Assembly: GCA_008369845.1 (NCBI GenBank)
Contig: MRSU01005913.1
Location: 1 to 35,529, forward strand
Length of the DNA stretch: 35,529 nucleotides
Direction of reading: 5' to 3'
Source: Trichomonas gallinae
Lineage: Eukaryota
Shown: piece after piece, positions 21,026 through 31,490 of the stretch
Layout: each line of letters starts with the position of its first letter
Numbering within the stretch: position 1 is the stretch's first letter
Position numbers and translations under genes: made by a program
Notes under the pieces: model-generated
What the model was told of the DNA's origin: nothing
What the model saw: the letters and a program-made list of their open reading frames with translations, nothing else
The model's database searches: none

Positions 21026-23173
21026 ATGTCGCAGGAACAGAAAATCATTTCTGAGCTTGAAAAACATTTCGATAGAGACGAATTCAAGAATGGTCTCAAG
21101 TCTGCTGAAAAATACTTAAAGAACAACCCGAAATCAGCACCTGTTACTGCATTCAAGTCTTTATTCTTACTCAAGACCGACGAAAAGGCCAAAGCTGCTG
21201 AGACAATCATGTCTGCATTAAGACTCGATATCAAGAATCCAACAGTTTGGAAGATTAACGGACAAATCAACAAAGAACTCGGCGAATATCAGAAAGCACT
21301 CCAATCTTACACGCAAGCTTATCGTGGAAAACCAGATGATGTCACTGTTGTCGCAGAGCTTTGCTCTCTTTCACTCTTCTACGAAAACTTTAAACAATTC
21401 CTCGAATATTGCAGAGTATTGATCCAGCTCAATCAGCAACCATCAAATATCGTTAAATACGTTGTTGCTTTGGCTCTTCTTCATCGCTACGAAGATGCTT
21501 TATCTTTTGTTGAAATTTTCGAGAAAAATCTAATCGCTTCAAACTCTACTGAAGAAGCTGTATTCAGAGACCAGTTTGCTCGCTTCCACGTCCATTTGCT
21601 TATCCTTTCTGAGAAATATCAGGAATGCTTGGATTATCTAGATTTGCAGCACTTAATTACTGATAGAATCTCTGTTTTGGAGAGCAGAGCAACATGCTAT
21701 GAGAAAATGAACAACAAAGAAAAGCTTTTCGAAATTACTCACGAATTACTCAAAGAATATCCAGACAATGGAGACTATTTCGCTATTCTCGAGCGTAACT
21801 TAGATCAGGCTAAGTATCTTGAAGAATTATACAAGATCAAGGATGAAATCAAATCTAAATACGCCCACGTTAGGATTCTTGAGATTATTCCATCATCAGA
21901 TGAAAAGTTCAAACCACTTCTTGAAGAACATATGATTCCACTCCTCAAGAAAGGTTCTCCAGCAATTTATGCAACAATTGCTGATTTCACTGACGAAAAA
22001 TTAGAAATTGCCCTTGATATCGCAAAGAAGACAGAAATCCCACTCAGCAGCATTCCAACGCTTCACGTTTTCATCGCACAAGTCTTCCAACACCGCGAAA
22101 AATACGAAGATTCAATTGCAGAATGCGATCTTGGAATTAAGCAGAATCCAACAGTTGTCGAGCTCTATGTTACAAAGATCCAGTCCCTTTCCAAGGCTGG
22201 CCGTACAACAGAAGCTCTTGAATGCGCTAAAATTTTATCTGAATTAGATCCAGCCGACAGAAACTCAAACAACCTCTACGTACGTTGCCTCTACAGAGCT
22301 GGACAGGCTAAAACTGCCCGCCTTACAGCAGAACCATTCTCAATTGATCATGAGAAGAAATCTAAGCTTTTCAAGAACGAATTCAACAAGATTCACTTAC
22401 GCGCATCACGCTCACATCTCCGTGGCGGTGATCTCAAGAATGCTCTCGTTTTCGCTGAAGACGTCATCGCACATTTCGATAGCTACAGAAACGGCCAGCT
22501 CAACCTCAACTTCTGGGGTGGCCGCAGAGCTATGTCTTTCTACGAGATGATCAACTGGTCCCAGGGCCTCGTTAACCACAAACAGCTCGGAAAAGCTTTC
22601 GCAGTTGTTTCCCGCCTTCTTCTTGCTGACAAGAACAACTCAGAGTTGAAGCAGTTCGCACAGAAGATGAACAAGACACACAACGAGGAATCTATGGCAT
22701 ATTTGGCTGTAATTTACGCAATTCTCGGCGAACCACTTCTTTCTTTGAAGTTCTACCTCAAACTTAGCGACCACTGGCTTCTCATGGCTAATCCAGTTGT
22801 CAAAGCCCTTCTTCCTAAGCTCGGATCTGAAATTAAAGAAGATATCGCAAAAGAAGTTTTCAATGAATTATTCAAGATCAAGGAGACCAGCCTAACAACA
22901 GCAGTTGATTATCTTTATCATGCACGCGGATTATTATATTCAGGCGATATTGAAGGCGCTAAGAAGGCTCTTATGCAGGCTGCTGCACTTGAAATGAAGT
23001 TTGCTACAGCTGTTGACATAAATCTTTGCGCAAGATTCGAAATAAAGGATGATAACTTCGCAAAAGATGTAAGAGCTAAAATTAACGAGAAATATCCTAA
23101 GTTTGAGATTGAAAACAAGTCTTTTGAAGCTGATGATCCACATGACTGCGTCTCTAAGAAAGTCGAAAAATAA
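21026..23173 (+). CDS. NAA15: NatA N-terminal acetyltransferase auxiliary subunit (Naa15/Nat1), TPR protein
   Basis: FKNGLKSAEKYLKNNP, ALRLDIKNPTVWKING, PTVVELYVTK, ELDPADR...YVRCLYRAG and VIAHFDSYRNGQLNL match Naa15 blocks; first ATG at 21026. Confidence 0.82.
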   Translation: MSQEQKIISELEKHFDRDEFKNGLKSAEKYLKNNPKSAPVTAFKSLFLLKTDEKAKAAETIMSALRLDIKNPTVWKINGQINKELGEYQKALQSYTQAYRGKPDDVTVVAELCSLSLFYENFKQFLEYCRVLIQLNQQPSNIVKYVVALALLHRYEDALSFVEIFEKNLIASNSTEEAVFRDQFARFHVHLLILSEKYQECLDYLDLQHLITDRISVLESRATCYEKMNNKEKLFEITHELLKEYPDNGDYFAILERNLDQAKYLEELYKIKDEIKSKYAHVRILEIIPSSDEKFKPLLEEHMIPLLKKGSPAIYATIADFTDEKLEIALDIAKKTEIPLSSIPTLHVFIAQVFQHREKYEDSIAECDLGIKQNPTVVELYVTKIQSLSKAGRTTEALECAKILSELDPADRNSNNLYVRCLYRAGQAKTARLTAEPFSIDHEKKSKLFKNEFNKIHLRASRSHLRGGDLKNALVFAEDVIAHFDSYRNGQLNLNFWGGRRAMSFYEMINWSQGLVNHKQLGKAFAVVSRLLLADKNNSELKQFAQKMNKTHNEESMAYLAVIYAILGEPLLSLKFYLKLSDHWLLMANPVVKALLPKLGSEIKEDIAKEVFNELFKIKETSLTTAVDYLYHARGLLYSGDIEGAKKALMQAAALEMKFATAVDINLCARFEIKDDNFAKDVRAKINEKYPKFEIENKSFEADDPHDCVSKKVEK

Positions 23174-23623
23174 TATATTATAAAATAATAAAATTTTCTT
23201 CTTTTCACATTACTAAATTTTTATAACTCGCCAATCTTAGCATATTTATTCGATTCCCAAGGTTCATATCCAAGATTTTTTATTTCTTCATGTCAAACGA
23301 ATTATTTAGGCTTTTTGACGTAATATTATTATTTAATATATTGTTTACAAACATATTTTTTATTTTCAAAAAGAAATATTGTAATAATTTATTTCCGCCA
23401 ATTGAAAATTCACTTTTTAGCGAAACTAATTGGTTCTTTAATTTATATACATATTATAGATTCCATTTTCCGCATTTAAAACACATAAAATTAAGTCATT
23501 CTGAGAACATGAAAAAAGTTTACATGTCATAAATAACCGCCACCCATTCTGAGCTTAAATCAGGGTTGTATATGTTATTAAATATCTATATACGAGAAAG
23601 TGAATTAAAGTAAAAATGTCATC

Positions 23624-23643
23624 GTCACTTTTTATCGTCATTT
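23624..23643 (+). promoter_or_regulatory. Initiator (Inr)-like elements upstream of alpha-adaptin
   Basis: TCACTTTT and TCATTT lie about 30 and 17 nt upstream of the ATG at 23655, matching the trichomonad TCAYT Inr consensus and spacing. Confidence 0.55.
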
Positions 23644-23654
23644 ATAAAAATCAA

Positions 23655-26507
23655 ATGAGTTTCATCAGTGCCATCACCGGCAAGATCAACGGTCTCAACA
23701 ACTTCATCACTGAGATCCTTGAGTGCCAGTCAAAGGAGCAAGAGGTTGCTCGTGTCAAGAAGGAGCTTTCTAAGATCCGTCAGAGCTTCGGCAAATCTGG
23801 CCTCAATGGCTACAGCCGTAAGAAATATGTCGCCAAGCTTCTCTACATCTACCTCCTTGGCTACTCATTCGACTTCGGTTTCCCACAAATGGTTGAACTT
23901 GTTGCTTCCAGCACATTCTCTGAGAAGCAGATCGGCTACATCACACTCGGTGTTTACTTGAATGGTAACTACGACCTCGTTACAATGTTCATCGAACACT
24001 TCCGCAAGGAAATTCGCAACTCCGAGAATGAGCCAGGCCAGTGCCTTGCTATTGCTGCTGCTGCTAACATCGGTGGCCGCGAAATTGCTGAAGCCCTCTC
24101 TGGCCCAATCCTTCAGGCCCTCATCAATCCAAAGAACTCCGATTTCGTTAAGAAGACATCCTGCCTTGCCCTTTGCCGTCTTTACCGTGAAACACCATCC
24201 GTTATCACACTTGACCCATCATTGGTTGAGGGACTTAACCAGCTCCTCTTGAACAACAACTATGGTGTCCAACTTGCTGCTGCTTCACTCATCTCAGTCC
24301 TCCTTCCACGTTCTCAGGACAAGATGGGCGGAATCCTTCCAACAGCCCTCATGCAGCTTGGCAAGGTTTTCTTCGATGGCACAGTTCCACCGGACTACCT
24401 CTATGGCCGCAACCCAACACCATGGCTTATCCTCAAGTACATGCGCATCCTTCAGTACAAGCAGAAGTGGGATGAAGCTGAAACAGACAGAATCACACGC
24501 ATTCTCGATAACTGCCTCCAGAAGACAGATGTTTCCCTTGCTGTCAAGGAAGTCCACTCCAACCTTATCCTTCTCTTCGAAGCTATCAACTTCATCATCG
24601 CTCGCCAGTTCTCCGCCCAGCTCATGCAGCGCTCTGCTTCCATCCTCGGTGGATTCCTTAACGCTAAGCTCTCCAACGTCCGCTACCTTGCTCTCGAAAC
24701 ACTCACACGCCTCGTCCAGGCTAACCAGGCTATCATCCCATCCCTCGATCAGCACCGCCAGACACTCTACCTCGCTCTCCGCGACCCGGATAACTCCATC
24801 CGCCGCCGTACACTTTCCCTCCTCTTCGCTGTCTGCACAAAGGAGTCTGCTGAGGAAATCGTCCACGAACTTCTCAACTACCTCCGCTTCGCTGATATCA
24901 CAATGAGAGAACCACTCTGCCTTAAGATCGCTGTCATGGCCGAGCAGTTCGCTGAGGATCCAGCTTGGTTCGTCGATGTCGTTCTCCAGCTCATCACAAT
25001 GGCTGGTGACGAGTGCTCCGATGGTGTCTGGCACCGTGTTATCCAGGTCGTTTCCAACGTCCAGTCACTCCAGAGATACGCCACAATGACATCCTTCCAC
25101 TCAATGTGCGCCAACAAGCCACACGACAGACTTGTTGCCCTCACAGCTCAGCTCGTCGGTGAGTACATCCAGATCATCGATATCCGCCCAGAGGAAGTCA
25201 TCCAGGAGTTCATCAACAAGTTCAAGACAGCCAGCGACAACTCCAGAGGCATCATCATCTCTGCTCTTGCTAAGATCGGTGCCAAGTACCCACCAGGCCG
25301 CCAGTCAATCATCGAGTTCCTACAGACACTCAAGACATCCACAAACCTCGAGATCCAGCAGCGTTCCATCGAGTACGAGGCCCTCCTCAACGCTCCACAG
25401 CAGGTCATCCAGGCCGTCTTCAAGCCAATCCCACCATTCGAGCAGAAGAAGTCCTCACTTCTCCGCAAGGTTATGCTCGAGCAGGCCGAGGCCGATGGCA
25501 TTGCCGAAGAGGAAGAAGAAGAAGAGCAGAACGATGCAGAAGATGCTTCCAAGTTCGTCACAGCTCTCCCAACACGTGCTGCTGCCCCAGCCGAAGCTCC
25601 AGCCGCCAAGCCAGCTCCAGCTGCTGCTCCAGTCGATGCTGCTGACCTTCTTGGCCTTGGCTCACCATCCCCAGCCCCAGTTCCATCCAAGACATCCAGC
25701 GCTCCAGCCAACGACTTCTTTGGCGCACCAGCTCCAGCTCCACAGTCTGCTGCCGTCGCTGACTTGCTCAACGCTTCTCCAATTGCTGGACCAACACAGC
25801 CAGCCAACAACAAGGAGGCAATCATGAAGCACTTCATCACAAACGACACCGGTCTCTGCTACGAAGATGCCAACATCTGCGTTAACCTTTCCATCCAGAT
25901 GAACCATCCAAACGCCATCCTCTCGTTCAACATCCAGAACAAGACATCCGGCATCCTCACAAACGTCGGCATACACATCCCACCAGTCCCATACATGGGC
26001 ATCCAGGCCAAGCCAGGCGCCAACCAGATCAACCGTGGCGAGATGACACTCTTCCAGTTCGCTCTCCGCGTCAAGCAGTGCTTCGTTGATCCACCAACAT
26101 ACACACTCAAGTACTCTTGGAACGAGCAGAGCCACAACGAGATGCTTGAGGTCCCAATCAACATCTTCAAGTTCACAGCTCCATTCAACATGGACTACAA
26201 CAACTTCTTCCAGAGATGGGGCGCTCTCTCTGCTCCAACACAGAATGCCTCTGCATCCTTCCAGCCAGTCGGCAACCCAGAGCAACAGATGAAGCAGATC
26301 CTTACAACAGTTTTCAAGGTCCCAGTTCTCCCATTAAACGTTCAGGGCAACGTTTGCGGTGCTGGTGTCATCAACGCTGATTCTGGCGTCCTCGGTATCC
26401 TTTGCAGATTCTACCTCGAAAACAACCAGGTTAAGGTCCAGATCAAGGGCACATCTCCACAGATCACAGCTGCTACACAGAAGATCCTCGACCTTTACCT
26501 CAAGTAA
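23655..26507 (+). CDS. AP2A: AP-2 complex alpha adaptin
   Basis: GLNNFITEI...SKEQEVARVKKELSKIRQSF, RKKYVAKLLYIYLLGY, FSEKQIGY, LALRDPDNSIRRR, Ala/Pro hinge with DLL motifs and an appendage domain. Strong C-ending codon bias starts at ATG 23655. Confidence 0.94.
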   Translation: MSFISAITGKINGLNNFITEILECQSKEQEVARVKKELSKIRQSFGKSGLNGYSRKKYVAKLLYIYLLGYSFDFGFPQMVELVASSTFSEKQIGYITLGVYLNGNYDLVTMFIEHFRKEIRNSENEPGQCLAIAAAANIGGREIAEALSGPILQALINPKNSDFVKKTSCLALCRLYRETPSVITLDPSLVEGLNQLLLNNNYGVQLAAASLISVLLPRSQDKMGGILPTALMQLGKVFFDGTVPPDYLYGRNPTPWLILKYMRILQYKQKWDEAETDRITRILDNCLQKTDVSLAVKEVHSNLILLFEAINFIIARQFSAQLMQRSASILGGFLNAKLSNVRYLALETLTRLVQANQAIIPSLDQHRQTLYLALRDPDNSIRRRTLSLLFAVCTKESAEEIVHELLNYLRFADITMREPLCLKIAVMAEQFAEDPAWFVDVVLQLITMAGDECSDGVWHRVIQVVSNVQSLQRYATMTSFHSMCANKPHDRLVALTAQLVGEYIQIIDIRPEEVIQEFINKFKTASDNSRGIIISALAKIGAKYPPGRQSIIEFLQTLKTSTNLEIQQRSIEYEALLNAPQQVIQAVFKPIPPFEQKKSSLLRKVMLEQAEADGIAEEEEEEEQNDAEDASKFVTALPTRAAAPAEAPAAKPAPAAAPVDAADLLGLGSPSPAPVPSKTSSAPANDFFGAPAPAPQSAAVADLLNASPIAGPTQPANNKEAIMKHFITNDTGLCYEDANICVNLSIQMNHPNAILSFNIQNKTSGILTNVGIHIPPVPYMGIQAKPGANQINRGEMTLFQFALRVKQCFVDPPTYTLKYSWNEQSHNEMLEVPINIFKFTAPFNMDYNNFFQRWGALSAPTQNASASFQPVGNPEQQMKQILTTVFKVPVLPLNVQGNVCGAGVINADSGVLGILCRFYLENNQVKVQIKGTSPQITAATQKILDLYLK

Positions 26508-26617
26508 AAAGAAAATCTTCTTGATTTTTTCTTATCTACTCATTCTTTCTATCGAAAAAAATTTTTTTCCTTGATTTTTTATCTAACAAAATTTTGTCAC
26601 TTTTTATCATTAAAAAT

Positions 26618-27346
26618 ATGGGTTTTAATATAACTCTTTTTTCCACCATTGCCAGCTATTTCAAGTCCAGATCCAACATCGAGAGCATGCTCATCAACCT
26701 CAACGGTGGCTGGAAAGGCCGCGCAATCTACTTTCCGACTTCTAACTACGAAGACGCCAGCTACAAAGACATCCATGTCACATTTGCGTTCGATGAAGTG
26801 AGATTGTTCTCATCTATAGTCGTTAAATCGGTCGACGAGACTATAGATTCTCAGTACTTCTTTAGATACGCCGAAAATGATAACACAACTCTCGCAATTG
26901 CGAACAGATTCAATGAAGATATCGGTTATCTTAAGGTTAACTACTCAGATCGCTACTTTACAATTCGCGGAAAGCTTGTTCCATCGAATGATCAAATAAC
27001 CGGATTACTTAAAGGTGAAAACTTCGTTTTGTCAATTACTGACCAGTTCTCTGAGAATGTTACAACATTCAAATTAGAAACAGCAGAAAAGATGTCGATG
27101 GTCTCTTATTATAATTCAATTTTCTTATTCATTGCTGTTGTCGCGGCAATCTCAGTTGGTCTTTACAAGATGTCCGATTTGAGTGACATTATCCAACCAG
27201 AAGAAGCCAAATACACTGAAATGGTTAAAATTCAGGCACAGCGTGAGCAGAAGATCAAGGAAGCTCGCGAATTATTAAAGAAGATGGAAGCAGAAGCAGC
27301 TAAACAAAAAGCTGCCGAAAATGAAGGAAAAATTACAGAAGAATAA
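26618..27346 (+). CDS. Uncharacterised single-pass membrane protein
   Basis: Beta-rich N-terminal part, hydrophobic segment SIFLFIAVVAAISVGLY and charged helical tail. First ATG at 26618, preceded by TCACTT and TCATT Inr-like motifs. Confidence 0.78.
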   Translation: MGFNITLFSTIASYFKSRSNIESMLINLNGGWKGRAIYFPTSNYEDASYKDIHVTFAFDEVRLFSSIVVKSVDETIDSQYFFRYAENDNTTLAIANRFNEDIGYLKVNYSDRYFTIRGKLVPSNDQITGLLKGENFVLSITDQFSENVTTFKLETAEKMSMVSYYNSIFLFIAVVAAISVGLYKMSDLSDIIQPEEAKYTEMVKIQAQREQKIKEARELLKKMEAEAAKQKAAENEGKITEE

Positions 27347-27815
27347 TAAATGAAACATATAGAGTCTATTTATAGAAATTATACTCTTATTTATGAAAAG
27401 AAAAATCTAATTTTATCTGTTTTTCATAAGATATTAAAATGATATAAAATATTCTCAATCTGATGATTATAAATGATGCAGTGTTTATGTCAATAGAATA
27501 TATAGGCATAATAAAATGAATAGTTTGATTACAAAACAACCAAATCTAATATTTTATTATAAAGAATACAAATTAATGAGATATGATATTTATAACTTTC
27601 CAAACGATGTATATAGGTGTATTTAATTAGAGACAACATGTTGGTTTTATATAAAATCGTGTTTTGAATTTTTGAAAAATTAATTTTAGTCAAAATTTTA
27701 AATTCTCAAAATAATACGATAGTAATTCGAATACAGTTGTGATTTTTACCAAAATTTTTGAAAGTTATAGTTTTTAAAAACGTGACAGGTCCAAAACGTG
27801 ACATTTGGACATCCG

Positions 27816-29006
27816 ATGTCATTTCCTGCAGATCTGAACATCACTGTTGGCGACAAGAGCATTATTATTGATGTGCCAAAGGACCTGTTTAAAGACTTCA
27901 GGGCATATATCGATAAATGGCCAAAGCAGCCAGCAAACAAAATTATTTTAAATCCAGTTCCACGCAAAAACCTCACAAAAGAAATTAAGGGCGGCACCAG
28001 AGAGCTGCGCTATGAGCTCCTCATTGAAGCGCTCGAGCATTTCGGTTTGTGGAAGCAGCCAGTAGGTCTCGTTTGGGACGCACGCATCCTACATTTCATC
28101 GACAAGCGTGTCACACCGATAATGACTCAGAAGGAGTTCGAAGAGCTCCCAGATTTCATGTTTTCACCATTCAAATTATATAAGCAGCCATCAAATCCAC
28201 CGGAAAAGACAGAATTCAAGAGCGAGCCAATAACCGTCGGTCCACTCACAGCAGCTTTCATCCTTGGAACATTCGGTACGCCTGAAAGCTACAAAGTTAT
28301 GGACGATTTTTACCAGGATGAACAGATTGACTCATTTGTTGTTACACTCAACATCCCAGTTCCAATATATGCTTTAATTGCGCGCGACAACAAAACAAAC
28401 AAATTCACATTCAAATTCACACAAATGGACAAGGCTACACCAAAATTCATCCACGACATCATCGACAGAATACTTACAAACGCTGAATCCGACCCATGCA
28501 TCAAAATTAGTATTCAGGATGCTGAGCAATTCAATGTTATCAAGGCAAACGAGCTTGTTGCTTCATTAGGCTGCTATTCAACAGGAAACCAAAACTATGA
28601 ATCACGTACAGAAGATATTCCATCATCTACTGGCTTCGTTTTCTCTGAAACAGCTGATGATGAAAAATTCAAACAGGCAGCTGATGCAATTTTCAAATAT
28701 TTCGAATACCACATGTGCAAGAAGTGCAAGTGCGTCTACCAGATCTCAGAAAAAGAATGCTACCTTACCTACCATAAAGGAGAAAGGCTCCCATTCCCAG
28801 ATGGTGAAATGGAAATTGTCGACCCAAGCTACCTCGATGAGAACGACGAGCCCAGCATCATGCAGTACTGGTCTTGCTGTGGAGAAGTTTATGCTGATGA
28901 ACCAGGATGCGGCAAGAAGCCAAACGGTGAGCACGAGATCGATACAACACATCCAAAGATCTCGAAGTTGACATTAGAGAAGTCCAAATTCTCAAGAGAT
29001 TTCTAA
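27816..29006 (+). CDS. Uncharacterised protein with C-terminal CHORD/BTK-like zinc-binding motif
   Basis: CKKC...ECYLTYHKG...WSCCG...PGC...GEH at the C-terminus; first ATG at 27816. Confidence 0.78.
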   Translation: MSFPADLNITVGDKSIIIDVPKDLFKDFRAYIDKWPKQPANKIILNPVPRKNLTKEIKGGTRELRYELLIEALEHFGLWKQPVGLVWDARILHFIDKRVTPIMTQKEFEELPDFMFSPFKLYKQPSNPPEKTEFKSEPITVGPLTAAFILGTFGTPESYKVMDDFYQDEQIDSFVVTLNIPVPIYALIARDNKTNKFTFKFTQMDKATPKFIHDIIDRILTNAESDPCIKISIQDAEQFNVIKANELVASLGCYSTGNQNYESRTEDIPSSTGFVFSETADDEKFKQAADAIFKYFEYHMCKKCKCVYQISEKECYLTYHKGERLPFPDGEMEIVDPSYLDENDEPSIMQYWSCCGEVYADEPGCGKKPNGEHEIDTTHPKISKLTLEKSKFSRDF

Positions 29007-29380
29007 TTTTATTTTAGAGTTTAACTTATTTCTTATTTTGACATCATATTATACATTAAACAACTTGTGAACAAATTATTTATTCTTTCTCCTAATTTCT
29101 TTTCTATATTTTTTATTTTTAATTTCTTTTCAATGGATTCAATGTTATTAAGTGCTTTGACATTATATGTATATGGAATTAAATTATTACATTCACTCAT
29201 TTATTTGCTTTGAACAAATATTTATAATAGTTATTTAAGATTTGTAAAATACTTCTTGAAAAACAATTTACTTATTGTTGATAATCCAAATAGCGTTAAA
29301 ATATTCAACAAAAATAAAAATATGCAGGGAAATATATTTTTTGAGATATTTTATTGCGCGAAACAGCTTGAATATTGAGG

Positions 29381-30590
29381 TTACTGTTCAGACTCGTATT
29401 CATAAGAATAATATTCTTCGGAAAGTGAGTCTTCATTGTCAACTTGTATAGGACGAGTTTTTTTCCAAGTAAAAATCGCAAGACTGACAATTAACCCTAT
29501 GAATGCTAATACACCTATAGTTATTCCAGCGATAGCAGGAGCATCAAGTCCTTTTCTTTTCTCAATTTCGATTATAATTTTATCAGTCGGAAGTAGTGAA
29601 GCGGTGGGCATCGGGGACATTGATGGATGTGGTGTTGTTGCCGGGGTTTCCACAGGAGTTTCAATTGGAGTAGTGCCGGGCGTTGAGGATGGCGTTTCCT
29701 TGGGAGATTCGCGCGGAGTAGTTTCAGGCGTCCGATAAGGAGTAGCAGGGAATGTTACAACGACGCATGTAAGTCGATTAATACGATTTGTTGCATCGCT
29801 TCTTGTAACCCTGTATTGAGTACCTTTGACACTATTCTGCATATAAGTGCCTGCAATTGTGCTTGAAGATGAATATGTTATCAAATCGTATGTAAATGAA
29901 TTATCTTTAAAGACACAATTCGTCATATTCACTTCAGAGATGTTCATTGTGGCAGATTTAAGAGAGTCCTGTGTGGTTCCAACATTACTTAAAGCGTCGA
30001 CTCTATTGACGTTACACTTAATATATGATATAACTTGCTCATAAGACTGCGCATCACCTGTAACAGCAGTAGACATAATGCGAGAGAGAGTAAACTGTGA
30101 ATCTTCCCTTGATTCTGATTTGAATGAGGCTGATTTAATGAAAGACACATTAATCGACTGCAAATATGTATATGACTTTTGAAAATTAAACATATAATAA
30201 GGTAAGACTGTTGTTTGAGATGGATTGCAAATAGTGAGACCTGTTATGAAGGATCGTGACGTTGACATTGTCACAGAATCTTTCGTCGTAGACCAACAAT
30301 CGTAAAGACATACTTTTTGGAACTCTGAATGACCATTTGTTATTATCATCAAATTAGAATTTGGACTAACGCAGTTTGTAAGAGAACATTCTTCAAGAAG
30401 AAGTTTTCCATCTAAAGGTAACGTTATCGTCCAGACAGTACTCGCTATATTTTCAATAATGGCCGAGTGAATATAGATTGCGTTGCCGCTAATAGTCTCA
30501 GCTTTCGTAGGTAAATACCTAACGGTATCTGGACTACCACTAAAGAACTGTCCCCAATCTTTATGGAATATCAAGGAGTAGAAAGGTCAT
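29381..30590 (-). CDS. Type I surface membrane protein with Pro/Thr stalk; start codon frameshifted (possible pseudogene)
   Basis: Ser/Thr/Asn/Cys-rich beta-type ectodomain, TP repeats, TM AIAGITIGVLAFIGLIVSLAIFTW and acidic Tyr-rich tail. The only nearby ATG (30590) is 16 nt upstream of the long frame (TTG at 30574). Confidence 0.75.
29598..29752 (-). repeat. Degenerate 12-bp (TPxx) coding repeats of the stalk
   Basis: PATPYRTPETTPRESPKETPSSTPGTTPIETPVETPATTPHPSMSPMPTAS. Confidence 0.7.
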
Positions 30591-30836
30591 TTACTCCTCG
30601 AGCAACGAGTTTTTTTGAATTTTAATCATCCTTCTGACACATAATCATCAGTTAATCACGTAAAGTATTCAAAATATTAATAGCAAAATGTATACAATGC
30701 AATGAGGATTGAAGTCCTCACACTTATACAACATATTATCTAGTGCCTCACGAGTTCAAATCATTGATTATAATTGTTATTTCAATGTTCGAAAATTCAG
30801 TACCTTATTTTAACGGGCAGGACAAAATTAAAATTT

Positions 30837-30863
30837 ACATGTCAAATTCATAATTTGACATGT
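30837..30863. repeat. Perfect 12-bp inverted repeat with 3-nt spacer
   Basis: ACATGTCAAATT-CAT-AATTTGACATGT. Confidence 0.7.
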
Positions 30864-30899
30864 TTTTTTTCCAACGTAGAATCAGTTTTGTGTGGAGAA

Positions 30900-31325
30900 C
30901 TATATAAGAGAAATGGTAAAAAGATTGACAGCTTCACGATATCCTTTTAGTGAAGAAAGAATTATAGTGTTGTATTTGTTTTTTGCATTGATATCTATTC
31001 CAGGAACAGTGACAAGGAGTTTGTCAACTTCATGATAACCTTTTTCTGAAGCATAAATCAAAGCTGTTTTACTGTCTCTGTCTTTTGCGTTGATTTCTAT
31101 TCCAGGAACTGCGACAAGGAGTTTGATAACTTCATGATGACCATCCATTGAAGCCCAAATCAAGGCTGTATCATTATTAATGCTTTTTGCGTTGATATCT
31201 ATTCCATGAACTGTGAAAAGGAGTTTGGCATTTTCATGATTACCATAATTTGAAGAACAAGTCCAAGCATAATTAACATCAAAAAGTTTTGTTTTGAGAA
31301 TAAAACTAGCAAAATCAGAATTAAA
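30900..31325 (-). pseudogene. Ankyrin-repeat gene fragment (three 102-bp units)
   Basis: Repeats of KLL..V(P/H)GI(D/E)INAK.....TALI.AS..G.HE with nucleotide unit starts at 30997, 31099 and 31201. The frame is open from a TAA at 31326-31328 with no N-terminal ATG, and the last repeat decays. Confidence 0.8.
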
Positions 31326-31490
31326 TTACAAATAGTACAAGAACTGATTCTAAAGCAGTGTATGCTGTAAGAAAGAAGTAATCAGCTATGTTATAAACAA
31401 TTATATTGTTTTTAAATGAAAAAAGAAGATATGATATATAAACTTGCAATGAATAAAAAACATTTTAATTTCAAAACAAAACAATAAATA

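Noticed and set aside
23495..23570. Two ATTCTGAG copies and a small hairpin upstream of alpha-adaptin, suggesting a box C/D snoRNA
   Set aside because: No box C (RTGATGA) at a suitable distance and no recognisable rRNA guide.
23668..26292. Many long alternative-frame and antisense ORFs over alpha-adaptin (up to 246 aa)
   Set aside because: Expected by-product of strong C-ending codon bias; the translations are Ser-rich shadows with no motifs. The same applies to the shadows over the ODA-DC, Naa15 and zinc-finger genes.
5760..27815. ORF-track starts at TTG/GTG (5760, 20199, 21017, 26594, 27798) and the upstream ATG at 23616
   Set aside because: The context is eukaryotic, and a nearby downstream ATG, often after an Inr-like motif, fits better in each case.
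30591..30600. Shine-Dalgarno-like GAGGAG before the surface-protein ATG
   Set aside because: The gene is eukaryotic in type and the spacing is only 3 nt; treated as one arm of a hairpin, not a ribosome-binding site.
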